Shown: positions 1 through 9,509, counted from the first letter of the stretch. The stretch: DNA of 64,000 nt from an uncultured delta proteobacterium (GCA_963814585.1 CAWFDF010000003.1:128001-192000); one strand, 5' to 3'. Notes: generated from the sequence alone by a model not told the origin. Made by a program: numbers and translations.

Positions 1-862
1 TGCTGCGGCTGCCCGGCACCTCGCGGTCGCTGGCCGACGCGCAGGGGGACGGCGGGCGGGTCGACGTCGTCTACTCGGTGGACCAGGCGGTCGAGCTGGC
101 GCGGGCGCACCCCGCCGAGGAGGTGGTGTTCTTCGCCTCCGGCTTCGAGACCACCGCGGTGGCCACCGCCGCCGTGGCGCTGACGCCGCTGCCGCCGAAC
201 TTCTCGATCCTCTCGGTGCACAAGTACGTGCCGGCGGCCATGGACCTGGTGGCCGGGTCGAAGGAGAGCCGGATCGAGGGGTTCATCGCCGCCGGCCACG
301 CCGCCATCATCACCGGCTGGGGGATCTTCGAGCCCTTCGCCGGAGAAGACCGGCACCCCGGTGGTGGTGGCCGGCTTCGAGCCGCTCGACGTCCTGGCCG
401 CCGTCGTCAAGCTCACCGACCTCATCCGCGGGAGGAGGGCCGAGGTCTTCAACGCCTACCCGCGCTGCGTGACCCGGGAGGGGAACCAGCCGGCCCAGCG
501 GACGCTCTGGAAGGTCTTCGAGGCCGCGGACCGGGACCTGGCGCGGCATCGCCGCCGTGCCCCGCGGCAACCTCGACCTGCGCCCCGAGTTCGCCCACCT
601 CGACGCCCGGAAGCGGTTCCGCATCGACACCGCGCCGGTCCGCGACGAGACCGCCTCGGGGCTGGAGCGGGAGTGCCTCTGCGGCACCATCATGATGGGG
701 CTGGCCACGCCACGCGACTGCACGCTCTTCGGGAAGGCCTGCGTGCCCGAGTCGCCGGTGGGCGCCTGCATGGTCTCGTCGGAGGGCACCTGCCGCATCT
801 GGCACACCTACGGCGGCGCCCCGGATCTCCGCGGGGTCGGCGCGCCGGCGCCGGGCAGGTAG
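1..862 (+). CDS. hypD: Hydrogenase maturation protein HypD (5' truncated by window edge; two apparent frameshifts near 342 and 540)
   Basis: GFETTA motif, GFIAAGH, VVAGFEPLD and C-terminal CLCG...C..FGKAC.PESPVGACMVSSEGTC are spread over three frames (ORFs 78, 361, 557); hypE follows. Confidence 0.92.
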
Positions 863-877
863 GGAGGAAGGCGCACC

Positions 878-1900
878 ATGGAGAAGGTGGTCCAGAAGAT
901 CGGCCTGAAGCACGGCTCGGGCGGGCGCGCCATGCGGCAGCTCATCGAGGAGGTCTTCCTGGAGCTGGCCTCGCCGGTGGACGGCGTCGGGCTCGCCGCC
1001 CTCGACGACGGCGCCGCCCTTCGCCTCGGCGACCAGTGGCTGGTGGTGACCACCGACTCCCACGTGGTCCACCCCATCTTCTTCCCGGGCGGCGACATCG
1101 GCCGGATCGGCGTCTGCGGCACGGTCAACGACCTGGCCATGATGGGCGCCACCGAGCCCATGGCCCTGACCTGCGCCGTCATCCTCGAGGACGGCTTTCC
1201 CCGGGCGGACCTCGAGCGCATCCGCGACTCGATGAAGGCCGCCGCCGCGGAGGCCGGCGCGCCCTTCGTCACCGGCGACACCAAGGTGGTGGGCCGGGGA
1301 GACTGCGACGGCATCTTCGTCAACACCACCGGGGTGGCGCTGACCAGGCGGGTGGTCACCGACGCCGGGCTGCGCCCCGGCGACCTGCTCATCGTCACCG
1401 GGCACGTCGGCGACCACGGCATGGCCATCATGTCGAGGCGGCACGACCTCGGGCTGCAGGGCGACCTGCGCTCCGACGTGGCCCCGCTGAACGGCCTGGT
1501 CCGGGCCGCCCTGGCGGCCGGCGGCGACGACGTGGTGGCCATGAAGGACCCGACCCGCGGTGGCGTGGCCGCCTCGCTCCACGAGATGGCCGCCAAGGGG
1601 AAGGTGGGCGTGGTCATCGAGGAGCAGGCGGTCCCGGTGCGCGACGAGGTGCGGGCCGCCGCCGACATGCTGGGCATCGATCCGCTGCTGGTGGCCAACG
1701 AGGGCAAGGCGATCATCGGGGTGCGGGCCGCCTCGGCCGGCCGGGTGCTGGCGGCGCTGCGCGCCCACCCGCTCGGCCGCGACGCCGCCGTCTTCGCGCG
1801 GGCCATCGCCGAGCGGCCCGGCTCGGTGATCCTCGACACCGGCCTGGGGAAGCGGCTGCTGGCCGAGCCCGAGGGCGAGCTCCTGCCCAGGATCTGCTGA
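878..1900 (+). CDS. hypE: Carbamoyl dehydratase HypE
   Basis: HGSGG, TTDSHVV.PIFFPGGDIG, GTVNDLAM, TGDTKVV, KDPTRGG and the invariant C-terminal PRIC. Confidence 0.97.
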   Translation: MEKVVQKIGLKHGSGGRAMRQLIEEVFLELASPVDGVGLAALDDGAALRLGDQWLVVTTDSHVVHPIFFPGGDIGRIGVCGTVNDLAMMGATEPMALTCAVILEDGFPRADLERIRDSMKAAAAEAGAPFVTGDTKVVGRGDCDGIFVNTTGVALTRRVVTDAGLRPGDLLIVTGHVGDHGMAIMSRRHDLGLQGDLRSDVAPLNGLVRAALAAGGDDVVAMKDPTRGGVAASLHEMAAKGKVGVVIEEQAVPVRDEVRAAADMLGIDPLLVANEGKAIIGVRAASAGRVLAALRAHPLGRDAAVFARAIAERPGSVILDTGLGKRLLAEPEGELLPRIC

Positions 1901-1914
1901 TGGAGGGGCACTAG

Positions 1915-2259
1915 GTGCACGAGTACTCCCTGGTCGAGGCGCTCATCTCCCGCGTCGAGGCCGAGGCCCGGCGGCGCGGGGCGCTCAAGGTCCACGGCCT
2001 CTCGGTGCGCCTCGGCGAGCTGGCCGGCGTCGACCCCGGGCTGTTCCAGACCGCCTACGACACCTTCCGGGCCGGCACCGTGTGCGCCGAGGTGCCGCTG
2101 ACCCTCCGCCAGGTCCCGGCCAGCTGGTCCTGCCCGGCCTGCCACGCCGCCATCCCGCGCGGCGAGATCCTCCGCTGCGCCCCCTGCGGCGAGCCGGCCC
2201 GCCTCGACGACGGCGGCGACGCCCTCACCCTGGACGGCATCGACCTGGAGGTGCCTTGA
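1915..2259 (+). CDS. hypA: Hydrogenase nickel metallochaperone HypA
   Basis: N-terminal MHEYSL, GELAGVDP, two CxxC zinc motifs (CPAC, CAPC). Confidence 0.95.
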   Translation: MHEYSLVEALISRVEAEARRRGALKVHGLSVRLGELAGVDPGLFQTAYDTFRAGTVCAEVPLTLRQVPASWSCPACHAAIPRGEILRCAPCGEPARLDDGGDALTLDGIDLEVP

Positions 2260-2293
2260 TGCGCACCATCACCTGGCGTGGGGAGGAGCCCTG

Positions 2294-3043
2294 ATGTGCA
2301 CGACCTGTGGTTGCGGCGACACCTCGCTGGTCCCGGTGGAGCTGCACGAGAAGATCCTGGCCGGCAACGACCGCGCCGCCCGGCACAACCGCGAGCACTT
2401 CCTCGAGGCCGGCGTGCTGGCCCTCAACCTGATGGGCTCGCCGGGCTCCGGCAAGACCGCCGTGCTCGAGGCCACCGCCCGCGCCGCCGCCGGGAAGGGC
2501 TGGCGGCTCGGCGCGGTCTCGGCCGACCTGGCCACCGACCACGACGCCGTGCGGCTCTCCCGGGCCGGCATCCCCTCGCGCGCCATCACCACCGGGCAGG
2601 CCTGCCACCTGGACGCCGAGCTGGTCCACCGCTCGCTCCACGACGTCGCCTGGCGGGAGACCGACGTCTTCTTCATCGAGAACGTCGGCAACCTGGTCTG
2701 CCCGGCCATCTACGACCTGGGCCAGGCCGCCAACGTGGTGGTCCTCTCCGTCACCGAGGGGGAGGACAAGCCGCTCAAGTACCCGGTGATGTTCAAGGCC
2801 GCCGACCTGGTCCTCGTCAGCAAGGCCGACCTGATCCCGCACCTCGACGTCGACCTGGGGAAGCTGGAGGACGCGCTGTCCCGGGTCATGCCGCGCCCCG
2901 AGCACCTCCTCCTCTCGGCCCGCACCGGCGAGGGACTCGACCAGTGGGTGGCGTGGCTGGCCAGGCGCAGGCTCGAGCACGGCCTGGTCGGTCGCGTGGC
3001 CGGCCTGGCCGGCCACACCCACCCGGCCGCGAAGACCTCGTGA
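2294..3043 (+). CDS. hypB: Hydrogenase nickel incorporation GTPase HypB
   Basis: MCTTCGC metal site, GSPGSGKT P-loop, ACHLDA, ENVGNLVCP, SVTEGEDKPLKYP. Confidence 0.96.
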   Translation: MCTTCGCGDTSLVPVELHEKILAGNDRAARHNREHFLEAGVLALNLMGSPGSGKTAVLEATARAAAGKGWRLGAVSADLATDHDAVRLSRAGIPSRAITTGQACHLDAELVHRSLHDVAWRETDVFFIENVGNLVCPAIYDLGQAANVVVLSVTEGEDKPLKYPVMFKAADLVLVSKADLIPHLDVDLGKLEDALSRVMPRPEHLLLSARTGEGLDQWVAWLARRRLEHGLVGRVAGLAGHTHPAAKTS

Positions 3044-3055
3044 CCCGGCCCGCGG

Positions 3056-3958
3056 CTACCCCACCAGCCGCGCCAGCGCCAGCTCGTAGCCCTCGAAGTC
3101 GTCGAAGATCTCGACGCCGGCCGCCGCCAGCGTGGCGCGGGCCGCCTGGGCCCCGGCGCCTCCCACCCAGCAGGCCGTGCCGGCCGGCAGCGCGCGCGCC
3201 AGCTCGACGATCGCCGCCGGGCCCTGCGGGCGGGCGTCGGCGCCCGACATGGAGAGGACCACGGCGCGCGGGTGGATGCGCCTGGCCGCCGCCACCAGCT
3301 CCGCCCGGGGAAGCCCGGGGCCGAAGTAGAACGGCGCGGCGCCGGCGCCGGACGCCAGCAGCGCCGCCACCAGGGCCCCCAACTCGTGCGGCTCCCCCTC
3401 CGCGGTGGCGATCAGCAGGCGGGGCGCGCCCGGCGGCGGCTCGCGCAGCCGGGCCAGCGCCCCCACCAGGCTGCGGATCTCGGCGGTGACCAGGTGCTCC
3501 TGGCCGACGCTGAGCTTCCCCTCGTGCCACGCCTCGCCGACCGCGCGCATCAGCGGCAGGGCCACCTCGAGCGCCAGCTGGCGCGGGGTGAGCACCACCG
3601 CCAGCCGCGTCAGCTCCCGGCGCAGCGCCTCGAAGTCGAACCGATCGACCGCGCCGAGCAGGTCGGCGAGCGCGGCCACCGCGACGCCCGGCGTGGCCGC
3701 GGGCGAGGTCGGCGGGCGGCCGACCAGCGCCCGCAGCTCCTCGACGCCGAGCGGCGCGACGCGGCCGATCGGGTGACCCCCCTCGACGGCCCGGCGCAGC
3801 AGCGTGAGCCGATCCACGTCGGCCTCGGAGTAGACCCGGCCGCGCTCGTCCCGCTCCGGCTCGACCACGGCGTGGCGACGCTCCCAGGCGCGCAGCGTGT
3901 CGACCGAGATGCCGGTCAGCTTGGCGACGGCGCGGATGGGATAGGTGGGTGGCCTCAT
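3056..3958 (-). CDS. MerR-family cobalamin-binding transcriptional regulator (CarH/LitR-like)
   Basis: MerR HTH (IRAVAKLTGISVDTLRAWERR), Wx9EH motif (WHEGKLSVGQEH), ExHxxG (EPHELG), downstream LSMS and VGG. Start taken at ATG 3958. Confidence 0.88.
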   Translation of the reverse strand: MRPPTYPIRAVAKLTGISVDTLRAWERRHAVVEPERDERGRVYSEADVDRLTLLRRAVEGGHPIGRVAPLGVEELRALVGRPPTSPAATPGVAVAALADLLGAVDRFDFEALRRELTRLAVVLTPRQLALEVALPLMRAVGEAWHEGKLSVGQEHLVTAEIRSLVGALARLREPPPGAPRLLIATAEGEPHELGALVAALLASGAGAAPFYFGPGLPRAELVAAARRIHPRAVVLSMSGADARPQGPAAIVELARALPAGTACWVGGAGAQAARATLAAAGVEIFDDFEGYELALARLVG

Positions 3959-4211
3959 GTGGTGCTCCAGCGGACCATGGCGTCCTGCCTCTGACCACAA
4001 TATGTCCCCTGTATATCCATGTCGCCACCGAACCGTGCCGGTCTTCGATCCCGACCGAGAGTCGTTGACGAGCCAATCCGAACGGGCTCACCCGAACGAA
4101 GCGTCTGACCCGTCCCCCCTGCACCGAGCGGAGCGCCAGGCGCCCGTCCGCCCACCCCGGGCCCTGGACCCTGGGAGCCGGCCGGCCCGGCGTCGCAGGC
4201 CGCGTCGGCGG

Positions 4212-5396
4212 CTACCCGGTGGGCACCGGGACCGGCACCAGGTCCCCGGCGTCTGGCATCACCAGCACCCGGCCCCGCCCGCCGACGAGTCGCGCCGCCT
4301 CCGCCACCGCCGCCTCGAGCGACGGCGCGTGGCGCGCGTAGGTCTGGCTCACCGTGGCCTCGTCCATCCCCGAGACCAGGAGGAGCGTGTACCGCTCCGG
4401 CAGGAACCGCCGGACACCCAGAGTGAATATGGCCTCGTTGACGGTCTTGAGCGGACCGGTCCCCTCGGGGCACTCGGCCGCCACGATCACCACGCCGCCG
4501 TCCTGCAGCAGCAGCCCGGCCGGGGGCACCAGCTTCGACGCCTGGTAGAGGCTCCCCGAGACCGGCAGGGGCGCCGACACCACCACCACCGGCGCCGGCG
4601 CGGCCCGCACCTCCACCCAGCGCCGGAGCAGGCGGACCCCCTCGCGGTGGGCCGCCACCAGGTCGCCCGCCACCGCGCCGGTGATGACGCCGCCCGCCTC
4701 CACCACGTTGAGCATGAAGGTCTCGCGCCCCAGCCGCCGGGCCGCATCCTCCAGGTCGTCGCGGCACGGGTTCAGGTCGACGCGCCCCAGCGAGCTGCCC
4801 GGGTCGGCCTTGAGCAGGTGGTTCTGCCGGATGTCGGCCTCCGCCCCCAGCCCCGGGAAGATCCCCTTGGTCCCCCCGCCGTAGCCGGCGAAGTAGTGCG
4901 GCTTGACGCGTCCGGTGGTGACGATCAGGTCGGCCTCGACGAGGCACCGGTTGACCCGCAACCGCGTGCCTCGCGCCGTCCGCCCCACCTCCACCAGCTG
5001 CGCCTCGTCCCGCGCGTCGTGGTTCACCACCCGGTGGCGCCGCAGCGCCCCCTCCGGCAGCCCGAGCCGCTCCACCGGCCCGGGCTGGTGCGTGCCGTTG
5101 GCCACCGCCAGCGTGATCTGCCGGTCGGGGAGCGCCGCCAGCTCGGCCCGCACCGCCTCGAACAGCTCGGCGCGCGGCTCGTCGCGCGAGGCGTCGGAGA
5201 CGATCACCACCGCCCGCGTCCGCGACGTCGCCAGCTCGCCGAGCCGCCGGGCCCCGACGGGCCGGGCCAGGGCGCCGGCCAGCGCGATCCGGAGATCCGC
5301 CACCGGCGGCGGCGCCGGCGCCGGCAGCACCTCCGCCTCCAGCCCGGGCGGCAGCGTGAGCCGGAGCGGCCGCGCGCCGTAGCCGAGCTCGATCAC
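4212..5396 (-). CDS. larA: LarA-family nickel-pincer-dependent racemase/epimerase (DUF2088)
   Basis: C-terminal part of ORF 4212..7889: VIVSDASR, ANGTH, VVNHDA, PHYFAGYGGGTKGIFPG, QNH, AAECPEG. GTG start overlaps the plsC stop. Confidence 0.82.
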   Translation of the reverse strand: MIELGYGARPLRLTLPPGLEAEVLPAPAPPPVADLRIALAGALARPVGARRLGELATSRTRAVVIVSDASRDEPRAELFEAVRAELAALPDRQITLAVANGTHQPGPVERLGLPEGALRRHRVVNHDARDEAQLVEVGRTARGTRLRVNRCLVEADLIVTTGRVKPHYFAGYGGGTKGIFPGLGAEADIRQNHLLKADPGSSLGRVDLNPCRDDLEDAARRLGRETFMLNVVEAGGVITGAVAGDLVAAHREGVRLLRRWVEVRAAPAPVVVVSAPLPVSGSLYQASKLVPPAGLLLQDGGVVIVAAECPEGTGPLKTVNEAIFTLGVRRFLPERYTLLLVSGMDEATVSQTYARHAPSLEAAVAEAARLVGGRGRVLVMPDAGDLVPVPVPTG

Positions 5397-6151
5397 GCGG
5401 CCTCCGGCGGCTCCGCCGTCACCGGCGCCACCGCCTCGGCCGGAAGCGCCGCCACGAAGGCGGCGCGAACCCGGTCCCGCAGCGCGCCGGCGTCGGACTG
5501 GGTGAGCCCCCGGGTCGGCACCGGCGGGAGGAGGCGGGCGACCGCGTCGCACGGGCCGACCTTGGCCCCGCCCTTCTGGAAGCCGGCCGCCGTGCCCGAG
5601 ACCACCACCGGCACGACCGGCACGCCCGCCTCGATGGCCAGCCGGAAGGCCCCCTTCTTGAACGGCAGCAGCCGCGCGTCCCTGGATCGGGTCCCCTCCG
5701 GGAAGATCATCACGTTCATGCCGCGCTGCAGGTAGGCCCTGGCCCTGGCGACCGCCTCGCCGCCGCTCTCCGGGTCGCCGCGCCGCACCGCCATGTCGCC
5801 GGTGAGCCGGAGCATCCAGCCGACCCAGGGGATCCTGAAGAGCTCCTCCTTGACCATCCACTTCATCTCGTGCGGCAGCCGGCAGAGCAGCACGATGTCG
5901 AGCATCGACTGGTGGTTGGCCACCACCACGAACGGCCCGCCCCCGGCCGGCCACGTTCCCTCCAGGCGGAACCTCCAGGGGGGATAGGTGAGGCTGAGCA
6001 GGATCCCGACGAAGCGGAGGAACTTCCCCGGCACCACCAGGTTGCGATCGAAGGGACGCGTCACCGCCCAGAGCACCAGCTGGATGGGCAGGCCGACCAG
6101 GAGGATGACGGCCGCGGCGGTCCAGCCCAGGTACTCGATGAGCTTGTTCAC
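5393..6151 (-). CDS. plsC: 1-acyl-sn-glycerol-3-phosphate acyltransferase family protein
   Basis: NHQSMLD (HxxxxD) and FPEGTRS motifs; N-terminal hydrophobic helix. Confidence 0.9.
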   Translation of the reverse strand: MNKLIEYLGWTAAAVILLVGLPIQLVLWAVTRPFDRNLVVPGKFLRFVGILLSLTYPPWRFRLEGTWPAGGGPFVVVANHQSMLDIVLLCRLPHEMKWMVKEELFRIPWVGWMLRLTGDMAVRRGDPESGGEAVARARAYLQRGMNVMIFPEGTRSRDARLLPFKKGAFRLAIEAGVPVVPVVVSGTAAGFQKGGAKVGPCDAVARLLPPVPTRGLTQSDAGALRDRVRAAFVAALPAEAVAPVTAEPPEAA

Positions 6152-6160
6152 CCCGCCAAT

Positions 6161-7576
6161 TTACAGCGGTGGCCGGGCCAGGTGGTAGTCGGTGCGGCGC
6201 TGCAGCCAGGCCCCGGCCGAGAGCAGCCGCGCCTCGGTCAGCGGCGGGCCCACCAGCTGCAGCGAGACCGGCAGCCCCTGGACGAACCCCATGGGCAGCG
6301 CCAGCGCCGGCAGGCCGCAGAGGTTCCCGGCGGCGCCGAGCGGATCGGGGAAGTCGAAGGCGTCGTCGAAGTTCTCCTCCACCCGCGGCGGCGCCAGCGG
6401 CAGGTTGGGCGCCAGCACCAGGTCGAAGCGCTCGAAGAAGCCGGCCATGGCGCGCTGGGCCTCCCCCCGCAGCCGCATGGCGCGGACGTAGTCCGCCGAC
6501 GAGGCGCGCGGGAGGTAGTCCTGCGGAGCGCGGGTCCGGTGGGAGGCGTCGGCCAGCTCCCGGGTGCGCCCGCTGCGGATCAGCTCCTCGAAGACGCTGG
6601 CCGCCTCGGCCTCCAGGAAGACCAGGGTGAGCGGCTCCCACGGCAGGTCGGGCAGGGTCGCCGGCTCGAGGAGCGCCCCGCCCTCCCGCAGCAGGGCCTG
6701 GGCCCGCTGGAAGGCCGCGACCGTCTCCGGCGAGAGCGCGGCCGCCGGCATCCCCTCGAAGCCGAGCACCGCCACCCGCAGGCCCGGCGTCAGCTCGGCG
6801 CGGACCCGGGGCAGGCCGGGCGGCGGCTGGATCGAGGAGGCGTCGCGCGGGTCCTCCCCGGCCAGGGCCGAGAGCACCAGGGCGGCGTCGAGCGCGCTCC
6901 GCGTGAAGGTCCCCAGCTTGTCGAGCGTGAAGGAGAGCGGCATGGCGCCGAAGCGGGAGAGGACGCCGTAGGTGGGGCGCAGCCCGGTGACGCCGCAGAA
7001 CGCGGCCGGGCAGGTGATCGAGCCCCAGGTCTCCGAGCCGATGGCGAGCGGCACCAGCCCTGCCGCCACCGCCGAGGCCGAGCCGGACGACGAGCCCCCG
7101 GCCCAGCGGGCGAGGTCCCACGGCGTGCGACACGGGCCGGTGAGGGCGGCCTCGCCGGTGTGATAGCCGAGCCCCCCGGCCAGCTCGATCATCGAGAGCT
7201 TGGCGCAGAGCACGGCGCCGGCGGCGTCGAGCCGCGTCACCACGGTGGCGTCCTCGGTGGGGACCCTCCCGGCGAAGGGCCTCGCGCCCCAGGTGGTGGT
7301 GATCCCCCGGGTGTCGACGAGGTCCTTGAGGCCGTACGGGATGCCGTGCAGCGGGCCGCGCCACGCCCCGCGGGCCAGCTCCGCCTCGGCGGCGCGCGCC
7401 TGGCCGAGCGCCCGGTCGGGCGTGATCGTGACCACCGCGCCGAGCCTCGGCCCGAGCCGCTGCAGCCGCGCCAGGACGCTCTCGGCGAGCGCCACCGGCG
7501 AGAGCGCCCGCGTCCGGAGCTGCTCGGAGAGCGAGGCGACGCCGGAGAAGAGGACGTCGTCGGAGAGGAGCGTCAC
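6161..7576 (-). CDS. Amidase signature family protein (GatA/AtzE-like)
   Basis: GPLHGIPYGLKDL, GGSSSGS, GSETWGSI, CGVTGLRPTYG. GTG start at 7576 overlaps the upstream TGA. Confidence 0.92.
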   Translation of the reverse strand: MTLLSDDVLFSGVASLSEQLRTRALSPVALAESVLARLQRLGPRLGAVVTITPDRALGQARAAEAELARGAWRGPLHGIPYGLKDLVDTRGITTTWGARPFAGRVPTEDATVVTRLDAAGAVLCAKLSMIELAGGLGYHTGEAALTGPCRTPWDLARWAGGSSSGSASAVAAGLVPLAIGSETWGSITCPAAFCGVTGLRPTYGVLSRFGAMPLSFTLDKLGTFTRSALDAALVLSALAGEDPRDASSIQPPPGLPRVRAELTPGLRVAVLGFEGMPAAALSPETVAAFQRAQALLREGGALLEPATLPDLPWEPLTLVFLEAEAASVFEELIRSGRTRELADASHRTRAPQDYLPRASSADYVRAMRLRGEAQRAMAGFFERFDLVLAPNLPLAPPRVEENFDDAFDFPDPLGAAGNLCGLPALALPMGFVQGLPVSLQLVGPPLTEARLLSAGAWLQRRTDYHLARPPL

Positions 7577-7815
7577 CCGCAGCTCCCGCGGCCGCCCAGG
7601 ACCCGGAAGACCAGCGCCGGCTCCGCCGAGAACGGAAGGGGCACGGCGCGGAGCGCCGCCAGCGGATCGGTGGCGGCGGAGGTGGACGGGCCGGCCGGGG
7701 CCTGGCTGGCCGGCCCGACGCGCAGCGTGGCGCACCCCGCGGCGGCCAGCGGGACGACGGCGGCGAGCCGGAGGAAGGACCGGCGCGACGAGGCAGGCGT
7801 TGACGGATCGGGCAT
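7573..7815 (-). CDS. Small Tat-signal (lipo)protein, probable amidase partner subunit
   Basis: SRRSFL twin-arginine motif, hydrophobic stretch ending AAGC, C-terminal LRAVPLPFSAEPALVFR; GTGA overlap with the amidase. Confidence 0.7.
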   Translation of the reverse strand: MPDPSTPASSRRSFLRLAAVVPLAAAGCATLRVGPASQAPAGPSTSAATDPLAALRAVPLPFSAEPALVFRVLGGRGSCG

Positions 7816-7904
7816 GGCGGGATCCTAGCGCGCCTCGGGCGGCGTGGAGGATGGAATGCGCCCTGGACGGCCGGTCGGGCGGCGCGCACCGCCCCGGCGG
7901 AGGC

Positions 7905-9197
7905 TCATCGCTCCTGGGGGGCCAGGCCGCGCAGCAGGTCGGCCCGATCCACGATGCCGACCAGGGCGCCGCCGGCGTCGGTCACGGCCAGGATCTTGTT
8001 CCGGTCCCTCAGCATGAGGGCGATGGCGTCGGCGAGCGTGGTGTCCTCCCGCGCCACCGGCACGCTCCGGGACATGAGCCCGCCGGCGGTGTGCGCCCGG
8101 GCGCGGACGGCCGCCTCGGCCTCCACCGGCCTGGCGTGGGTGAACGGGAGACGCTGCATGAGCGATCGCAGGACCCCGCCCTGGAGCTCCGGGGTGATCC
8201 GCTCGAGCAGCGCCCCGTCCGTCACCAGCCCGACGACTCGCCGCTGCTGGTCCACGACCACGGCGAGGTTGAGCCGGGTCGAGACCACGGCCTGCAGCGT
8301 CTCCGGCAGCGGCGTGTCGGGATGGACCGCCGGCACGTCGCGCCGCATGACGCTCGAGAGTGGCGCCTCGGCCGTCAGCCCGAGCGCCACCGGCTCCGCG
8401 TCCCTGGCCTGGGAGCCGCCGGCGACGCTCCGCAGCAGGTCGTACCGGCTCACCATGCCCACCAGCCGCCCGAAGTCGACCACCGGCAGGCGCTTCAGGC
8501 GGTGGCGCGCCAGCAGTCGCGCCACCTCGGGGAGCGTCGTCGACGGGACGACACAGACCGGGCGAGGCGTCATGACGTCCTCCGCCGTGGCGGCCCGGCC
8601 GCCCAGCGACTCCAGCTCCCGCCTGAGCTCGGGCTGGGCCAGCCTGGGCAGGAGCTCGAGCCGGACGCCCAGGCCGCCGCGCTCGACCAGGTCGGAGCCG
8701 GTGATGATGCCGACCACGCGGCCCCCGTCGATGACCGGCACGGCGCGATAGGACTGGCCGAGGACCTTCTCGACCACCTGGCGCACCGGGGTCTCCAGGT
8801 CGACGGAGGTGACCTGCCGGCTCATCACCTCGCCCACCGTCACGACATCGGTGAGCGGGCGGACCGGGTGCGGCTGGTGGAGCACGATCTCGGTGTCGTC
8901 GGCGGTGATGAAGCCGTGCCGGACGAGCTCGAGGAGCCCTGGCATCAGTCGATCGACCTGGCCAACCCGGTCGATCCACTCGACCACCAGCGGCAGCTTC
9001 CCGGCGACCTCCACCAGGTGGCTGACGTGGACCTCACCGGAGGCGCCGAACCCCTCGACGCCGCGGAAGACCGTGGTGCCCTGGGCGCCTTCCCGCCGGA
9101 GGAACTGCAGGATGGCGACATGGGCCGGCAGGTGGCCCACCCGATCGCCCTCGTTGACGTAGATCCGGACCCGCCTGGCACGCCCGAAGGACTCCAT
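7905..9197 (-). CDS. DUF190 (PII-like) plus tandem CBS-domain protein
   Basis: N-terminal RVRIYVNEGD...GTTVFRGVEGFGASG...LPLVVEWID is DUF190-like; repeated CBS motifs follow (VGEVMSR, AEDVMTP, SSVMRR, GGLMSR). GGAGG RBS precedes ATG 9197. Confidence 0.88.
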   Translation of the reverse strand: MESFGRARRVRIYVNEGDRVGHLPAHVAILQFLRREGAQGTTVFRGVEGFGASGEVHVSHLVEVAGKLPLVVEWIDRVGQVDRLMPGLLELVRHGFITADDTEIVLHQPHPVRPLTDVVTVGEVMSRQVTSVDLETPVRQVVEKVLGQSYRAVPVIDGGRVVGIITGSDLVERGGLGVRLELLPRLAQPELRRELESLGGRAATAEDVMTPRPVCVVPSTTLPEVARLLARHRLKRLPVVDFGRLVGMVSRYDLLRSVAGGSQARDAEPVALGLTAEAPLSSVMRRDVPAVHPDTPLPETLQAVVSTRLNLAVVVDQQRRVVGLVTDGALLERITPELQGGVLRSLMQRLPFTHARPVEAEAAVRARAHTAGGLMSRSVPVAREDTTLADAIALMLRDRNKILAVTDAGGALVGIVDRADLLRGLAPQER

Positions 9198-9390
9198 GGG
9201 CCACCTCCGGCCGCCAGCGCCCCGGGCGCGGCGGCCAACGATTCGCCGGCCCTCATCATAGGCACCCCGGGGAAGCGTGAAGCGACGACCCACTTGGGAG
9301 CGTGACCTTCGGTGATCGGTGCTCGGTGGCCGGTCTCCCGGTGGCCGGTTGTCGGCGCCCTAGCGCCACGCTACAGTCCGGCCACATCGA

Positions 9391-9443
9391 CGGCGGTGGA
9401 GTCCGCCACGACCGCCGCCCCCGGGCGGCCAATGACTCCTGCA
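9391..9443 (+). ncRNA. Fluoride (crcB) riboswitch
   Basis: GGCGGTGGAGTCCGCC...ACCGCC...GGCGGCCAATGACTCCTGC matches the crcB motif (GGCG/CGCC stem, GGAGT/ACTCC pseudoknot); lies about 65 nt upstream of crcB. Confidence 0.88.
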
Positions 9444-9509
9444 GCGGCGCCAGGCGCCCGGCAGGAGCTCCCTGACAAGAGCTCTTCCGGCGCCTCCGGG
9501 GAGGACGCG

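Noticed and set aside
1892..1900. Selenocysteine readthrough at the hypE TGA
   Set aside because: HypE needs PRIC as its free C-terminus and hypA starts 14 nt later.
3990..4030. Canonical CarH operator of 11-bp direct repeats
   Set aside because: ACA spacings are 10 and 7 nt, not a clean 11-bp period, so it is not listed as a feature.
4212..7889. 1225-aa ORF as a single protein
   Set aside because: Only the last roughly 394 aa (LarA) are coding; the rest overlaps plsC and the amidase in other frames.
9200..9310. Second fluoride riboswitch on the minus strand before DUF190-CBS (GATGAGGGCC)
   Set aside because: No downstream complementary segment to form the pseudoknot.
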